A stretch of DNA of 64,000 nucleotides. Origin: the human T2T-CHM13v2.0 reference genome, Homo sapiens. Within the stretch, counting starts at the first letter, position 1, and every line of letters begins with the position of its first letter. Below are positions 39,249 to 58,592 of the stretch, in pieces. The position numbers and the translations under genes were made by a program. The notes under the pieces are model-generated. The model searched no databases. It saw only the letters and a list, made by a program, of their open reading frames with translations, and was not told the DNA's origin. The DNA lies in NCBI GenBank assembly GCA_009914755.4, contig CP086569.2, positions 31,872,001-31,936,000 of the forward strand. The letters are read 5' to 3'.

Positions 39249-41346
39249 ATATTTTTTAAATGAAAAAAAATTTCAAAGGTACTCTGCTTGGTACAATAAT
39301 CAAATGTATAAACTGAGGAATAAAACATAACCATGAAACCTACTTAAAACTGCATATGGAAAATACAGAGGATAATTTTTTAAATAACATATTTTGAAAG
39401 CCTTAACTAGTAATTTGAAGAGTTGGCATTTGAAAGGCCAGTACGAATATACCTTCAAAGCAGCAACACAGGTTCCCCATGAGAAAAAGCAATCTCAGGG
39501 AAAATAAAACCAGAAAGGTTCAATCTCTTCTGACCTTTGAAAGACACAGCACAGACAGTGGTCCTTAGGACGAAGAGCAGGAGACCCCTAATTCCGTCAC
39601 CATGGCAATAGGGCATAAACATTGCTGGGTGAGGGCACAATCCACATTGTGAGGTCCAACTGCTGCCAGGAAGACAGGAGTGCTTTTACATAGACCGAAA
39701 GGTCATTGAAGGCTCAGAGTTTTGTTTCAAGAACTGAATCCCAAGCCCACACGTTATTAGGCTGCGCTTCTTAAAACAAGTTATGAGATGGGAAAAAGGG
39801 CACCTACAAACATACGTATACATTATGTATATAATAATATACAGTGTCATATATATAATATATATAACCTATGTATAATATTGTTTTACATCCTGCATCT
39901 TATGTTATATATATTGTATAAACTATAATAATTGATAATATATAACTTTTATAATTATACAATATGACATATAGTATATATTATAATTTATGACATATAT
40001 AATATATGTTATATATCATATACAGAATATATTATACGGTTAATATACGTATTAAATATAAATTATACATTATATATATTATATATGATATATCTGTTAT
40101 ATATAATACCCATTATGCATAATATATATATTATGTCTATGTTATATATAGTATAAAACAACATATAATAATATATAATTGTATATATAAATGCGACATA
40201 TAATATATATTATATTTTATAACATATGTAATATATATTATATATTATATATAATACGTTGTATGTATAATACCTATATTAAATATATATTATATGACTA
40301 TGTTAATTATTACATGTCACATGTGTTATATATTATATATTTTACATAGAATATACCGGTTACATACAATATATACCATGTTACCTATAATGTATAATTT
40401 ATTACATGTAAAATAAAGAATGCAATATATTATGTATAATTTATAATATACAATATGTGGAATGTGATATATATAACATATAATATATGATATATGATAT
40501 ACAGTATATGATATATAACATACAATATATGATTTCTAATATATATGGTATACAATATATATTTTATGATATGTATTCTATATGTTTTATATTCTGTTAT
40601 ATATAACTATTTGAAATTATATATAACTGTATAATATTTTATGTAAATATGTAATATAATATATATAACTATATAATATATTATATATAACTATATATTA
40701 TGTTATATATACTTTTATAACATAATTTACATAAAATATCATAATATAATATATATTATATTATTTCATATTACATAATATATATTACATATCACCCAAT
40801 ATAACTAACATACATAATATTATAATATAGATTATATTGTGTTATATTAAATATCATATATATCATGTATCATATATTCTATAATATATATTACACATTA
40901 TATAATATGTATGTTGTCTATTATGTGATATATATAACTATATATATAATTATATTTTTATACATATAACTAGATAAACATGTAATTCTACATATTTTCA
41001 TTTATAATATGTAGAATTATATAATCATATATAGTTATTTATATTCTATAAAAAATTTTATCATTATATAAATTATAATATATAAAAATTATAATATGTA
41101 CTACAAATATATATATTATATATCATATATGATATAGTACCTTTGTTATATATCACAATACATATAAATGTGTATTATGTTATGTATAATTATATAATTT
41201 CATATATAAGATGTATAATATGTATCATATATTATATATGTTATGTAATATATATAGTATATATAAGATGACACAGGATAAATATTATATACTATGACAT
41301 ATAAAATATATGAGGTTATATGTTACATATAAGGCATAGCACATAA

Positions 41347-41667
<321 letters not shown>

Positions 41668-43765
41668 ATATTTTTTAAATGAAAAAAAATTTCAAAGGTA
41701 CTCTGCTTGGTACAATAATCAAATGTATAAACTGAGGAATAAAACATAACCATGAAACCTACTTATAACTGCATATGGAAAATACAGAGGATAATTTTTT
41801 AAATAACATATTTTGAAAGCCTTAACTAGTAATTTGAAGAGTTGGCATTTGAAAGGCCAGTATGAATATACCTTCAAAGCAGCAACACAGGTTCCCCATG
41901 AGAAAAAGCAAACACAGGGAAAATAAATACACAAAGGTTCAATCTCTTCTGACCTTTGAAAGACACAGCACAGATAGTGGTCCTTAGGACGAAGAGCAGG
42001 AGACCCCTAATTCCGTCACCATGGCGATAGGGCATAAACATTGCTGGGTGAGGGCACAATCCACATTGTGAGGTCCAACTGCTGCCAGGAAGTCAGGAGT
42101 GCTTTTACATAGACCGAAAGGTCATTGAAGGCTCAGAGTTTTGTTTCAAGAACTGAATCCCAAGCCCACACGTTATTAGGTTGCGCTTCTTAAAACAAGT
42201 TATGAGATGGGAAAAAGGGCACCCACAAACATACGTATACATTATGTATATAATAATATACAGTGTCATATATATAATATATATAACCTATGTATAATAT
42301 TGTTTTACATCCTGCATCTTCTGTTATATATATTGTATAAAATATAATAATTGATAATATATAAGTTTTATAATTATACAAAATGACATATAGTATATAT
42401 TATAATTTATGACATATATAATATATGTTATATATCATATATAGAATATATTATACGGTTAATATACGTATTAAATATAAATTATACATTATATATATTA
42501 TATATAATATATCTGTTATATATAATACCCATTATGCATAATATATATATTATGTCTATGTTATATATAGTATAAAACAACATATAATAATATATAATTG
42601 TATATATAAAATGCGACATATAATATATATTATATTTTATAAGATATGTAATATATATTATATATTATATATAATACGTTGTATGTATAATACCTATATT
42701 AAATATATATTATATGACTATGTTATTAATTACATGTCACATGTGTTATATATTATATATTTTACATAGAATATACCGGTTACATACAATATATACTATG
42801 TTACCTATAATGTATAATTTATTACATGTAAAATAAAAATGCAATATATTATGTAAAATTTATAACATACAATATGTGGAATGTGATATATATAACATAT
42901 AATATATGATATATGATATACAGTATATGATATATAACATACAATATATGATTCCTAATATATATGATATACAATATCTATTTTATGATATGTATTCTAT
43001 ATGTTTTATATTCTGTTATATATAACTATTTGAAATTATATATAACTGTATAATATTTTATGTAAATATGTAATATAATATATATAACTATATAATATAT
43101 TATATATAACTATATATTATGTTATATATACTTTTATAACATAATTTACATAAAATATCATAATATAATATATATTATATTATTTCATATTACATAATAT
43201 ATATTACATATCACCCAATATATCTAACATACATAATATTATAATATAGATTATATTATGTTATATTAAATATCATATATATCATGTATCATATATTCTA
43301 TAATATATATTACACATTATATAATATGTATGTTGTCTATTATGTGATATATATAACTATATATAATTATATTTTTATACATATAACTAGATAAACATGT
43401 AATTCTACATATTTTCATTTATAATATGTAGAATTATATAATCATATGTAATTATTTATATTCTATAAAAAATTTTATCATTATATAAATTATAATATAT
43501 AAAAATTATAATATGTACTACAAATATATATATATTATATATCATATATGATATAGTACCTTTGTTATATATCATAATACATATAAATGTGTATTATGTT
43601 ATCTATAATTATATAATTTCATATATAAGATGTATAATATGTATCATATATTATATATGTTATGTAATATATATAGTATATATAAGATGACACAGGATAA
43701 ATATTATATACTATGACATATAAAATATATGAGGTTATATGTTACATATAAGGCATAGCACATAA

Positions 43766-44086
<321 letters not shown>

Positions 44087-46185
44087 ATACTTTTTAAATG
44101 AAAAAAAATTTCAAAGGTACTCTGCTTGGTACAATAATCAAATGTATAAACTGAGGAATAAAACATAACCATGAAACCTACTTATAACTGCATATGGAAA
44201 ATACAGAGGATAATTTTTTAAATAACATATTTTGAAAGCCTTAACTAGTAATTTGAAGAGTTGGCATTTGAAAGGCCAGTATGAATATACCTTCAAAGCA
44301 GCAACACAGGTTCCCCATGAGAAAAAGCAAACTCAGGGAAAATAAAACCACAAAGGTTCAATCTCTTCTGACCTTTGAAAGACACAGCACAGACAGTGGT
44401 CCTTAGGACGAAGAGCAGGAGACCCCTAATTCCGTCACCATGGCGATAGGGCATAAACATTGCTGGGTGAGGGCACAATCCACATTGTGAGGTCCAACTG
44501 CTGCCAGGAAGACAGGAGTGCTTTTACATAGACCGAAAGGTCATTGAAGGCTCAGAGTTTTGTTTCAAGAACTGAATCCCAAGCCCACACGTTATTAGGC
44601 TGCGCTTCTTAAAACAAGTTATGAGATGGGAAAAAGGGCACCCACAAACATACGTATACATTATGTATATAATAATATACAGTGTCATATATATAATATA
44701 TATAACCTATGTATAATATTGTTTTACATCCTGCATCTTATGTTATATATATTGTATGAAATATAATTATTGATAATATATAAGTTTTATAATTATGCTA
44801 TATGACATATAGTATATATTATAATTTATGACATATATAATATATGTTATATATCATATATAGAATATATTATACGGTTAATATACGTATTAAATATAAA
44901 TTATACATTATATATATTATATACAATATATCTGTTATATATAATACCCATTATAAATAATATATATATTATGTCTATGTTATATATAGTATAAAACAAC
45001 ATATAATAATATATAATTGTATATATAAAATGCGACATATAATATATATTATATTTTATAACATATGTAATATATATTATATATTATATATAATACGTTG
45101 TATGTATAATACCTATATTAAATATATATTATATGACTATGTTATTAATTACATGTCACATGTGTTATATATTATATATTTTACATAGAATATACCGGTT
45201 ACATACAATATATACTATGTTAACTATAATGTATAATTTATTACATGTAAAATAAAGAATGCAATATATTATGTACAATTTATAATATACAATATGAGGA
45301 ATGTGATATATATAACATATAATATATGATATATGATATACAGTATATGATATATAACATACAATATATGATTCCTAATATATATGGTATACAATATATA
45401 TTTTATGATATGTATTCTATATGTTTTATATTCTGTTATATATAACTATTTGAAATTTTATATAACTGTATAATATTTTATGTAAATATGTAATATAATA
45501 TATATAACTATATAATATATTATATATAACTATATATTATGTTATATATACTTTTATAACATAATTTACATAAAATATCATAATATAATATATATTATAT
45601 TATTTCATATTACATAATATATATTACATATCACCCAATATAACTAACATACATAATATTATTATATAGATTATATTGTGTTATATTAAATATCATATAT
45701 ATCATGTATCATATATTCTATAATATATATTACACATTATATAATATGTATGTTGTCTATTATGTGATATATATAAATATATATATAATTATATTTTTAT
45801 ACATATAACTAGATAAACATGTAATTCTACATATTTTCATTTATAATATGTAGAATTATATAATCATATATAATTATTTATATTCTATAAAAAATTTTAT
45901 CATTCTATAAATTATAATATATAAAAATTATAATATGTACTACAAATATATATATTATATATCATATATGATATAGTACCTTTGTTATATATCATAATAC
46001 ATATAAATGTGTATTATGTTATCTATAATTATATAATTTCATATATAAGATGTATAATATGTATCATATATTATATATGTTATGTAATATATATAGTATA
46101 TATAAGATGACACAGGATAAATATTATATACTATGACATATAAAATAGATGAGGTCATATGTTACATATAAGGCATAGCACATAA

Positions 46186-46506
<321 letters not shown>

Positions 46507-48598
46507 ATATTTTTTAAATGAAAAAAAATTTCAAAGGTACTCTGCTTGGTACAATAATCAAATGTATAAACTGAGGAATAAAACATAACCATGAAACCTA
46601 CTTATAACTGCATATGGAAAATACAGAGGATAATTTTTTAAATAACATATTTTGAAAGCCTTAACTAGTAATTTGAAGAGTTGGCATTTGAAAGGCCAGT
46701 ATGAATATACCTTCAAAGCAGCAACACAGGTTCCCCATGAGAAAAAGCAAACTCAGGGAAAATAAAAACACAAAGGTTCAATCTCTTCTGACCTTTGAAA
46801 GACACAGCACAGACAGTGGTCCTTAGGACGAAGAGCAGGAGACCCCTAATTCCGTCACCATGGCGATAGGGCATAAACATTGCTGGGTGAGGGCACAATC
46901 CACATTGTGAGGTCCAACTGCTGCCAGGAAGACAGGAGTGCTTTTACATAGACCGAAAGGTCATTGAAGGCTCAGAGTTTTGTTTCAAGAACTGAATCCC
47001 AAGCCCACACGTTATTAGGCTGCGCTTCTTAAAACAAGTTATGAGATGGGAAAAAGGGCACCCACAAACATACGTATACATTATGTATATAATAATATAC
47101 AGTATCATATATATAATATATATAACCTATGTATAATATTGTTTTACATCCTGCATCTTATGTTATATATATTGTATAAAATATAATAATTGATAATATA
47201 TAAGTTTTATAATTATACAATATGACATATAGTATATATTATAATTTATGACATATATAATATATGTTATATATCATATATAGAATATATTATACGGTTA
47301 ATATACGTATTAAATATAAATTATACATTATATATATTATATATAATATATCTGTTATATATAATACCCATTATGCATAATATATATATTATGTCTATGT
47401 TATATATAGTATAAAACAACATATAATAATATATAATTGTATATATAAAATGCGACATATAATATATATTATATTTTATAACATATGTAATATATATTAT
47501 ATATAATACGTTGTATGTATAATACCTATATTAAATATATATTATATGACTACGTTATTAATTACATGTCACATGTGTTATATATTATACATTTTACATA
47601 GAATATACCGGTTACATACAATATATACTATGTTACCTATAATGTATAATTTATTACATGTAAAATAAAGAATGCAATATATTATGTAAAATTTATATCA
47701 TACAATATGTGGAATGTGATGTATATAACATATAATATATGATATATGATATACAGTATATGATATATAACATACAATATATGATTCCTAATATATATGG
47801 TATACAATATATATTTTATGATATGTATTCTATATGTTTTATATTCTGTTATATATAACTATTTGAAATTATATATAACTGTATAATATTTTATGTAAAT
47901 ATGTAATATAATATATATAACTATATAATATATTATATATAACTATATATTATGTTATATATACTTTTATAACATAATTTACATAAAATATCATAATATA
48001 ATATATATTATATTATTTCATATTACATAATATATATTACATATCACCCAATATAACTAACATACATAATATTATAATATAGATTATATTGTGTAATATT
48101 AAATATCATATATATCATGTATCATATATTCTATAATATATATTACACATTATATAATATGTATGTTGTCTATTATGTGATATATATAACTATATATATA
48201 ATTATATTTTTATACATATAACTAGATAAACATGTAATTCTACATATTTTCATTTATAATATGTAGAATTATATAATCATATATAATTATTTATATTGTA
48301 TAAAAAATTTTATCATTATATAAATTATAATATATAAAAATTATAATAGGTACTACAAAAATATATATTATATATCATATATGATATAGTACCTTTGTTA
48401 TATATCATAATACATATAAATGTGTATTATGTTATCTATAATTATATAATTTCATATATAAGATGTATAATATGTATCATATATTATATATGTTATGTAA
48501 TATATATAGTATATATAAGATGACACAGGATAAATATTATATACTATGACATATAAAATATATGAGGTTATATGTTACATATAAGGCATAGCACATAA

Positions 48599-48919
<321 letters not shown>

Positions 48920-51020
48920 ATATTTTTTAAATGAAAAAAAATTTCAAAGGTACTCTGCTTGGTACAATAATCAAATGTATAAACTGAGGAATAAAACATA
49001 ACCATGAAACCTACTTATAACTGCATATGGAAAATACAGAGGATAATTTTTTAAATAACATATTTTGAAAGCCTTAACTAGTAATTTGAAGAGTTGGCAT
49101 TTGAAAGGCCAGTATGAATGTACCTTCAAAGCAGCAACACAGGTTCCCCATGAGAAAAAGCAAACACAGGGAAAATAAAAACACAAAGGTTCAATCTCTT
49201 CTGACCTTTGAAAGACACAGCACAGACAGTGGTCCTTAGGACGAAGAGCAGGAGACCCCTAATTCCGTCACCATGGCGATAGGGCATAAACATTGCTGGG
49301 TGAGGGCACAATCCACATTGTGAGGTCCAACTGCTGCCAGGAAGACAGGAGTGCTTTTACATAGACCGAAAGGTCATTGAAGGCTCAGAGTTTTGTTTCA
49401 AGAACTGAATCCCAAGCCCACACGTTATTAGGCTGCGCTTCTTAAAACAAGTTATGAGATGGGAAAAAGGGCACCCACAAACATACGTATACATTATGTA
49501 TATAATAATATACAGTGTCATATATATAATATATATAACCTATGTATAATATTGTTTTACATCCTGCATCTTATGTTATTTATATTGTATAAAATATAAT
49601 AATTGATAATATATAAGTTTTATAATTATACAATATGACATATAGTATATATTATAATTTATGACATATATAATATATGTTATATATCATATATAGAATA
49701 TATTATACGGTTAATATACGTATTAAATATAAATTATACATTATATATATTATATATAATATATCTGTTATATATAATACCCATTATGCATAATATATAT
49801 ATTATGTCTATGTTATATATAGTATAAAACAACATATAATAATATATAATTGTATATATAAAATGCGACATATAATATATATTATATTTTATAATATATG
49901 TAATATATATTATATATTATATATAATACGTTGTATGTATAATACCTATATTAAATATATATTATATGACTATGTTATTAATTACATGTCACATGTGATA
50001 TATATTATATATTTTACATAGAATATACCGGTTACATACAATACATACTATGTTACCTATAATGTATAATTTATTACATGTAAAATAAAGAATGCAATAT
50101 ATTATGTAAAATTTATAACATACAATATGTGGAATGTGATATATATAACATATAATATATGATATATGATATACAGTATATGATATATAACATACAATAT
50201 ATGATTCCTATTATATATGGTATAAAATATATATTTTATGATATGTATTCTATATGTTTTATATTCTGTTATATATAACTATTTGAAATTATATATAACT
50301 GTATAATATTTTATGTAAATATGTAATATAATATATATAACTATATAATATATTATATATAACTATATATTATGTTATATATACTTTTATAACATAATTT
50401 ACATAAAATATCATAATATAATATATATTATATTATTTCATATTACATAATATATATTACATATCACCCAATATATCTAACATACATAATATTATAATAT
50501 AGATTATATTATGTTATATTAAATATCATATATATCATGTATCATATATTCTATAATATATATTACACATTATATAATATGTATGTTGTCTATTATGTGA
50601 TATATATAACTATATATATAATTATATTTTTATACATATAACTAGATAAACATGTAATCCTACATATTTTCATTTATAATATGTAGAATTATATAATCAT
50701 ATGTAATTATTTATATTCTATAAAAAATTTTATCACTATATAAATTATAATATATAAAAATTATAATATGTACTACAAATATATATATATTATATATCAT
50801 ATATGATATAGTACCTTTGTTATATATCATAATACATATAAATGTGTATTATGTTATCTATAATTATATAATTTCATATATAAGATGTATAATATGTATC
50901 ATATATTATATATGTTATGTAATATATATAGTATATATAAGATGACACAGGATAAATATTATATACTATGACATATAAAATATATGAGGTTATATGTTAC
51001 ATATAAGGCATAGCACATAA

Positions 51021-51341
<321 letters not shown>

Positions 51342-53456
51342 ATACTTTTTAAATGAAAAAAAATTTCAAAGGTACTCTGCTTGGTACAATAATTAAATGT
51401 ATAAACTGAGGAATAAAACATAACCATGAAACCTACTAATAACTGCATATGGAAAATACAGAGGATAATTTTTTAAATAACATATTTTGAAAGCCTTAAC
51501 TAGTAATTTGAAGAGTTGGCATTTGAAAGGCCAGTATGAATATACCTTCAAAGCAGCAACACAGGTTCCCCATGAGAAAAAGCAAACTCAGGGAAAATAA
51601 AAACACAAAGGTTCAATCTCTTCTGACCTTTGAAAGACACAGCACAGACAGTGGTCCTTAGGACGAAGAGCAGGAGACCCCTAATTCCGTCACCATGGCG
51701 ATAGGGCATAAACATTGCTGGGTGAGGGCACAATCCACATTGTGAGGTCCAACTGCTGCCAGGAAGACAGGAGTGCTTTTACATAGACCGAAAGGTCATT
51801 GAAGGCTCAGAGTTTTGTTTCAAGAACTGAATCCCAAGCCCACACGTTATTAGGCTGCGCTTCTTAAAACAAGTTATGAGATTGGAAAAAGGGCACCCAC
51901 AAACATACGTATACATTATGTATATAATAATATACAGTATCATATATATAATATATATAACCTATGTATAATATTGTTTTACATCCTGCATCTTATGTTA
52001 TATATATTGTATAAAATATAATAATTGATAATATATAAGTTTTATAATTATACAATATGACATATAGTATATATTATAATTTATGAAATATATAATATAT
52101 GTTATATATCATATATAGAATATATTATACGGTTAATATACGTATTAAATATAAATTATACATTATATATATTATATATAATATATCTGTTATATATAAT
52201 ACCCATTATGCATAATATATATATTATGTCTATGTTATATATAGTATAAAACAACATATAATAATATATAATTGTATATATAAAATGCGACATATAATAT
52301 ATATTATATTTTATAACATATGTAATATATATTATATATAATACGTTGTATGTATAATACCTATATTAAATATATATTATATGACTACGTTATTAATTAC
52401 ATGTCACATGTGTTATATATTATATATTTTACATAGAATATACCGGTTACATACAATATATACTATGTTACCTATAATGTATAATTTATTACATGTAAAA
52501 TAAAGAATGCAATATATTATGTATAATTTATAATATACAATATGTGGAATGTGATATATATAACATATAATATATGATATATGATATACAGTATATGATA
52601 TATAACATACAATATATGATTCCTAATATATATGGTATACAATATATATTTTATGATATGTATTGTATATGTTTTATATTCTGTTATATATAACTATTTG
52701 AAATTATATATAACTGTATAATATTTTATGTAAATATGTAATATAATATATATAACTATATAATATATTATATATAACTATATATTATGTTATATATACT
52801 TTTATAACATAATTTACATAAAATATCATAATATAATATATATTATATTATTTCATATTACATAATATATATTACATATCACCCAATATATCTAACATAC
52901 ATAATATTATAATATAGATTATATTATGTTATATTAAATATCATATATATCATGTATCATATATTCTATAATATATATTACACATTATATAATATGTATG
53001 TTGTCTATTATGTGATATATATAACTCAATATATAATTATATTTTTATACATATAACTAGATAAACATGTAATTCTACATATTTTCATTTATAATATGTA
53101 GAATTATATAATCATATATAATTATTTATATTCTATAAAAAATTTTATCATTCTATAAATTATAATATATAAAAATTATAATATGTACTACAAATATATA
53201 TATTATATATCATATATGATATAGTACCTTTGTTATATATCATAATACATATAAATGTGTATTATGTTATCTCTAATTATATAATTTCATATATAAGATG
53301 TATAATATGTATCATATATTATATATGTTATGTAATATATATAGTATATATAAGATGACACAGGATAAATATTATATACTATGACATATAAAATAGATGA
53401 GGTTATATGTTACATATAAGGCATAGCACATAACATGTAATATATATCATATATAA

Positions 53457-53754
53457 TTTTTTTTTAGACAGAATCTTGTCCTGTTGCACAGGGTGAGGTA
53501 CAATGGCGCCATCTTTGCTCACTGCAACTTCTGCCTCACGGGTCCAAGCGATTGTCCTCCCTCAGCCTCCCAGGTAGCTGGGACTACGCCACACTGGGAC
53601 TACAACAGCTGCCACCATGCCTAGCTAATTTTTTGGATTTTTAGTAGTTACAGCGTTTCACTGTATTGGCCAGGATGGTCTTGATCTCTTCACCTTGTGA
53701 TCCCCTTGCCTTGGCCTCCAAATTTGCTGGGATTACAGGCCTGAGCCAAGATCC
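53457..53754 (-). mobile_element. Alu, unit 23
   Basis: Distal-subfamily variants plus the private 'gggtgaggtac', 'gggactacgccacactgggactacaacagc' and 'agtagttacagcg'. Confidence 0.93.
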
Positions 53755-55875
53755 ATATTTTTTAAATGAAAAAAAATTTCAAAGGTACTCTGCTTGGTAC
53801 AATAATCAAATGTATAAACTGAGGAATAAAACATAACCATGAAACCTACTTATAACTGCATATGGAAAATACAGAGGATAATTTTTTAAATAACATATTT
53901 TGAAAGCCTTAACTAGTAATTTGAAGAGTTGGCATTTGAAAGGCCAGTATGAATATACCTTCAAAGCAGCAACACAGGTTCCCCATGAGAAAAAGCAAAC
54001 ACAGGGAAAATAAAAACACAAAGGTTCAATCTCTTCTGACCTTTGAAAGACACAGCACAGACAGTGGTCCTTAGGACGAAGAGCAGGAGACCCCTAATTC
54101 CGTCACCATGGCGATAGGGCATAAACATTGCTGGGTGAGGGCACAATCCACATTGTGAGGTCCAACTGCTGCCAGGAAGACAGGAGTGCTTTTACATAGA
54201 CCGAAAGGTCATTGAAGGCTCAGAGTTTTGTTTCAAGAACTGAATCCCAAGCCCACACGTTATTAGGCTGCGCTTCTTAAAACAAGTTATGAGATGGGAA
54301 AAAGGGCACCCACAAACATACGTATACATTATGTATATAATAATATACAGTATCATATATGTAATATATATAACCTATGTATAATATTGTTTTACATCCT
54401 ATATCTTATGTTATATATATTGTATAAAATATAATAATTGATAATATATAAGTTTTATAATTATACAATATGACATATAGTATATATTATAATTTATGAC
54501 ATATATAATATATGTTATATATCATATATAGAATATATTATACGGTTAATATACGTATTAAATATAAATTATACATTATATATATTATATATAATATATC
54601 TGATATATATAATACCCATTATGCATAATATATATATTATGTCTATGTTATATATAGTATAAAACAACATATAATAATATATAATTGTATATATAAAATG
54701 CGACATATAATATATATTATATTTTATAAGATATGTAATATATATTATATATTATATATAATACGTTGTATGTATAATACCTATATTAAATATATATTAT
54801 ATGACTATGTTTTTAATTACATGTCACATGTGTTATATATTATATATTTTACATAGAATATACCGGTTACATACAATATATACTATGTTACCTATAATGT
54901 ATAATTTATTACATGTGAAATAAAAATGCAATATATTATGTAAAATTTATAACATACAATATGTGGAATGTGATATATATAACATATAATATATGATATA
55001 TGATATACAGTATATGATATATAACATACAATATATGATTCCTAATATATATGGTATACAATATATATTTTATGATATGTATTCTATATGTTTTATATTC
55101 TGTTATATATAACTATTTGAAATTATATATAACTGTATAATATTTTATGTAAATATGTAATATAATATATATAACTATATAATATATTATATATAACTAT
55201 ATATTATGTTATATATACTTTTATAACATAATTTACATAAAATATCATAATATAATATATATTATATTATTTCATATTACATAATATATATTACATATCA
55301 CCCAATATAACTAACATACATAATATTATTATATAGATTATATTGTGTTATTTTAAATATCATATATATCATGTATCATATATTCTATAATATATATTAC
55401 ACATTATATAATATGTATGTTGTCTATTATGTGATATATATAACTATATATATAATTATATTTTTATACATATAACTAGATAAACATGTAATTCTACATA
55501 TTTTCATTTATAATATGTAGAATTATATAATCATATATAATTATTTATATTCTATAAAAAATTTTATCATTCTATAAATTATAATATATAAAAATTATAA
55601 TATGTACTACAAATATATATATTATATATCATATATGATATAGTACCTTTGTTATATATCATAATACATATAAATGTGTATTATGTTATCTATAATTATA
55701 TAATTTCATATATAAGATGTATAATATGTATCATATATTATATATGTTATGTAATATATATAGTATATATAAGATGACACAGGATAAATATTACATACTA
55801 TGACATATAAAATAGATGAGGTCATATGTTACATATAAGGCATAGCACATAACATGTAATATATATCATATATAA

Positions 55876-56173
55876 TTTTTTTTTAGACAGAATCTTGTCT
55901 TGTTGCACAGGGTGGGGTACAATGGCGCCATCTTTGCTCACTGCAACTTCTGTCTCACGGGTCCAAGCGATTGTCCTCCCTCAGCCTCCCAGGTAGCTGG
56001 GACTACACCACACTGGGACTACACCAGCTGCCACCATGCCTAGCTAATTTTTTGGATTTTTAGTAGTGACAGCGTTTCACTGTATTGGCCAGGATGGTCT
56101 TGATCTCTTCACCTTGTGATCCCCTTGCCTTGGCCTCCAAATTTGCTGGGATTACAGGCCTGAGCCAAGATCC
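55876..56173 (-). mobile_element. Alu, unit 24
   Basis: Distal-subfamily variants plus the private 'tcttgtcttgttgc' and 'caacttctgtctcacg'. Confidence 0.93.
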
Positions 56174-58271
56174 ATACTTTTTAAATGAAAAAAAATTTCA
56201 AAGGTACTCTGCTTGGTACAATAATCAAATGTATAAACTGAGGAATAAAACATAACCATGAAACCTACTTATAACTGCATATGGAAAATACAGAGGATAA
56301 TTTTTTAAATAACATATTTTGAAAGCCTTAACTAGTAATTTGAAGAGTTGGCATTTGAAAGGCCAGTATGAATATACCTTCAAAGCAGCAACACAGGTTC
56401 CCCATGAGAAAAAGCAAACACAGGGAAAATAAAAACACAAAGGTTCAATCTCTTCTGACCTTTGAAAGACACAGCACAGACAGTGGTCCTTAGGACGAAG
56501 AGCAGGAGACCCCTAATTCCGTCACCATGGCGATAGGGCATAAACATTGCTGGGTGAGGGCACAATCCACATTGTGAGGTCCAACTGCTGCCAGGAAGAC
56601 AGGAGTGCTTTTACATAGACCGAAAGGTCATTGAAGGCTCAGAGTTTTGTTTCAAGAACTGAATCCCAAGCCCACACGTTATTAGGCTGCGCTTCTTAAA
56701 ACAAGTTATGAGATGGGAAAAAGGGCACCCACAAACATACGTATACATTATGTATATAATAATATACAGTATCATATATATAATATATATAACCTATGTA
56801 TAATATTGTTTTACATCCTATATCTTATGTTATATATATTGTATAAAATATAATAATTGATAATATATAAGTTTTATAATTATACAATATGACATATAGT
56901 ATATATTATAATTTATGACATATATAATATATGTTATATATCATATATAGAATATATTATACGGTTAATATACGTATTAAATATAAATTATACATTATAT
57001 ATATTATATATAATATATCTGTTATATATAATACCCATTATGCATAATATATATATTATGTCTATGTTATATATAGTATAAAACAACATATAATAATATA
57101 TAATTGTATATATAAAATGCGACATATAATATATATTATATTTTATAAGATATGTAATATATATTATATATTATATATAATACGTTGTATGTATAATACC
57201 TATATTAAATATATATTATATGACTATGTTATTAATTACATGTCACATGTGTTATATATTATATATTTTACATAGAATATACCGGTTACATACAATATAT
57301 ACTATGTTACCTATAATGTATAATTTATTACATGTGAAATAAAAATGCAATATATTATGTAAAATTTATAACATACAATATGTGGAATGTGATATATATA
57401 ACATATAATATATGATATATGATATACAGTATATGATATATAACATACAATATATGATTCCTAATATATATGGTATACAATATATATTTTATGATATGTA
57501 TTCTATATGTTTTATATTCTGTTATATATAACTATTTGAAATTTTATATAACTGTATAATATTTTATGTAAATATGTAATATAATATATATAACTATATA
57601 ATATATTATATATAACTATATATTATGTTATATATACTTTTATAACATAATTTACATAAAATATCATAATATAATATATATTATATTATTTCATATTACA
57701 TAATATATATTACATATCACCCAATATAACTAACATACATAATATTATTATATAGATTATATTGTGTTATATTAAATATCATATATATCATGTATCATAT
57801 ATTCTATAATATATATTACACATTATATAATATGTATGTTGTCTATTATGTGATATATATAACTATATATATAATTATATTTTTATACATATAACTAGAT
57901 AAACATGTAATTCTACATATTTTCATTTATAATATGTAGAATTATATAATCATATATAATTATTTATATTCTATAAAAAATTTTATCATTCTATAAATTA
58001 TAATATATAAAAATTATAATATGTACTACAAATATATATATTATATATCATATATGATATAGTACCTTTGTTATATATCATAATACATATAAATGTGTAT
58101 TATGTTATCTATAATTATATAATTTCATATATAAGATGTATAATATGTATCATATATTATATATGTTATGTAATATATATAGTATATATAAGATGACACA
58201 GGATAAATATTATATACTATGACATATAAAATAGATGAGGTCATATGTTACATATAAGGCATAGCACATAA

Positions 58272-58592
<321 letters not shown>
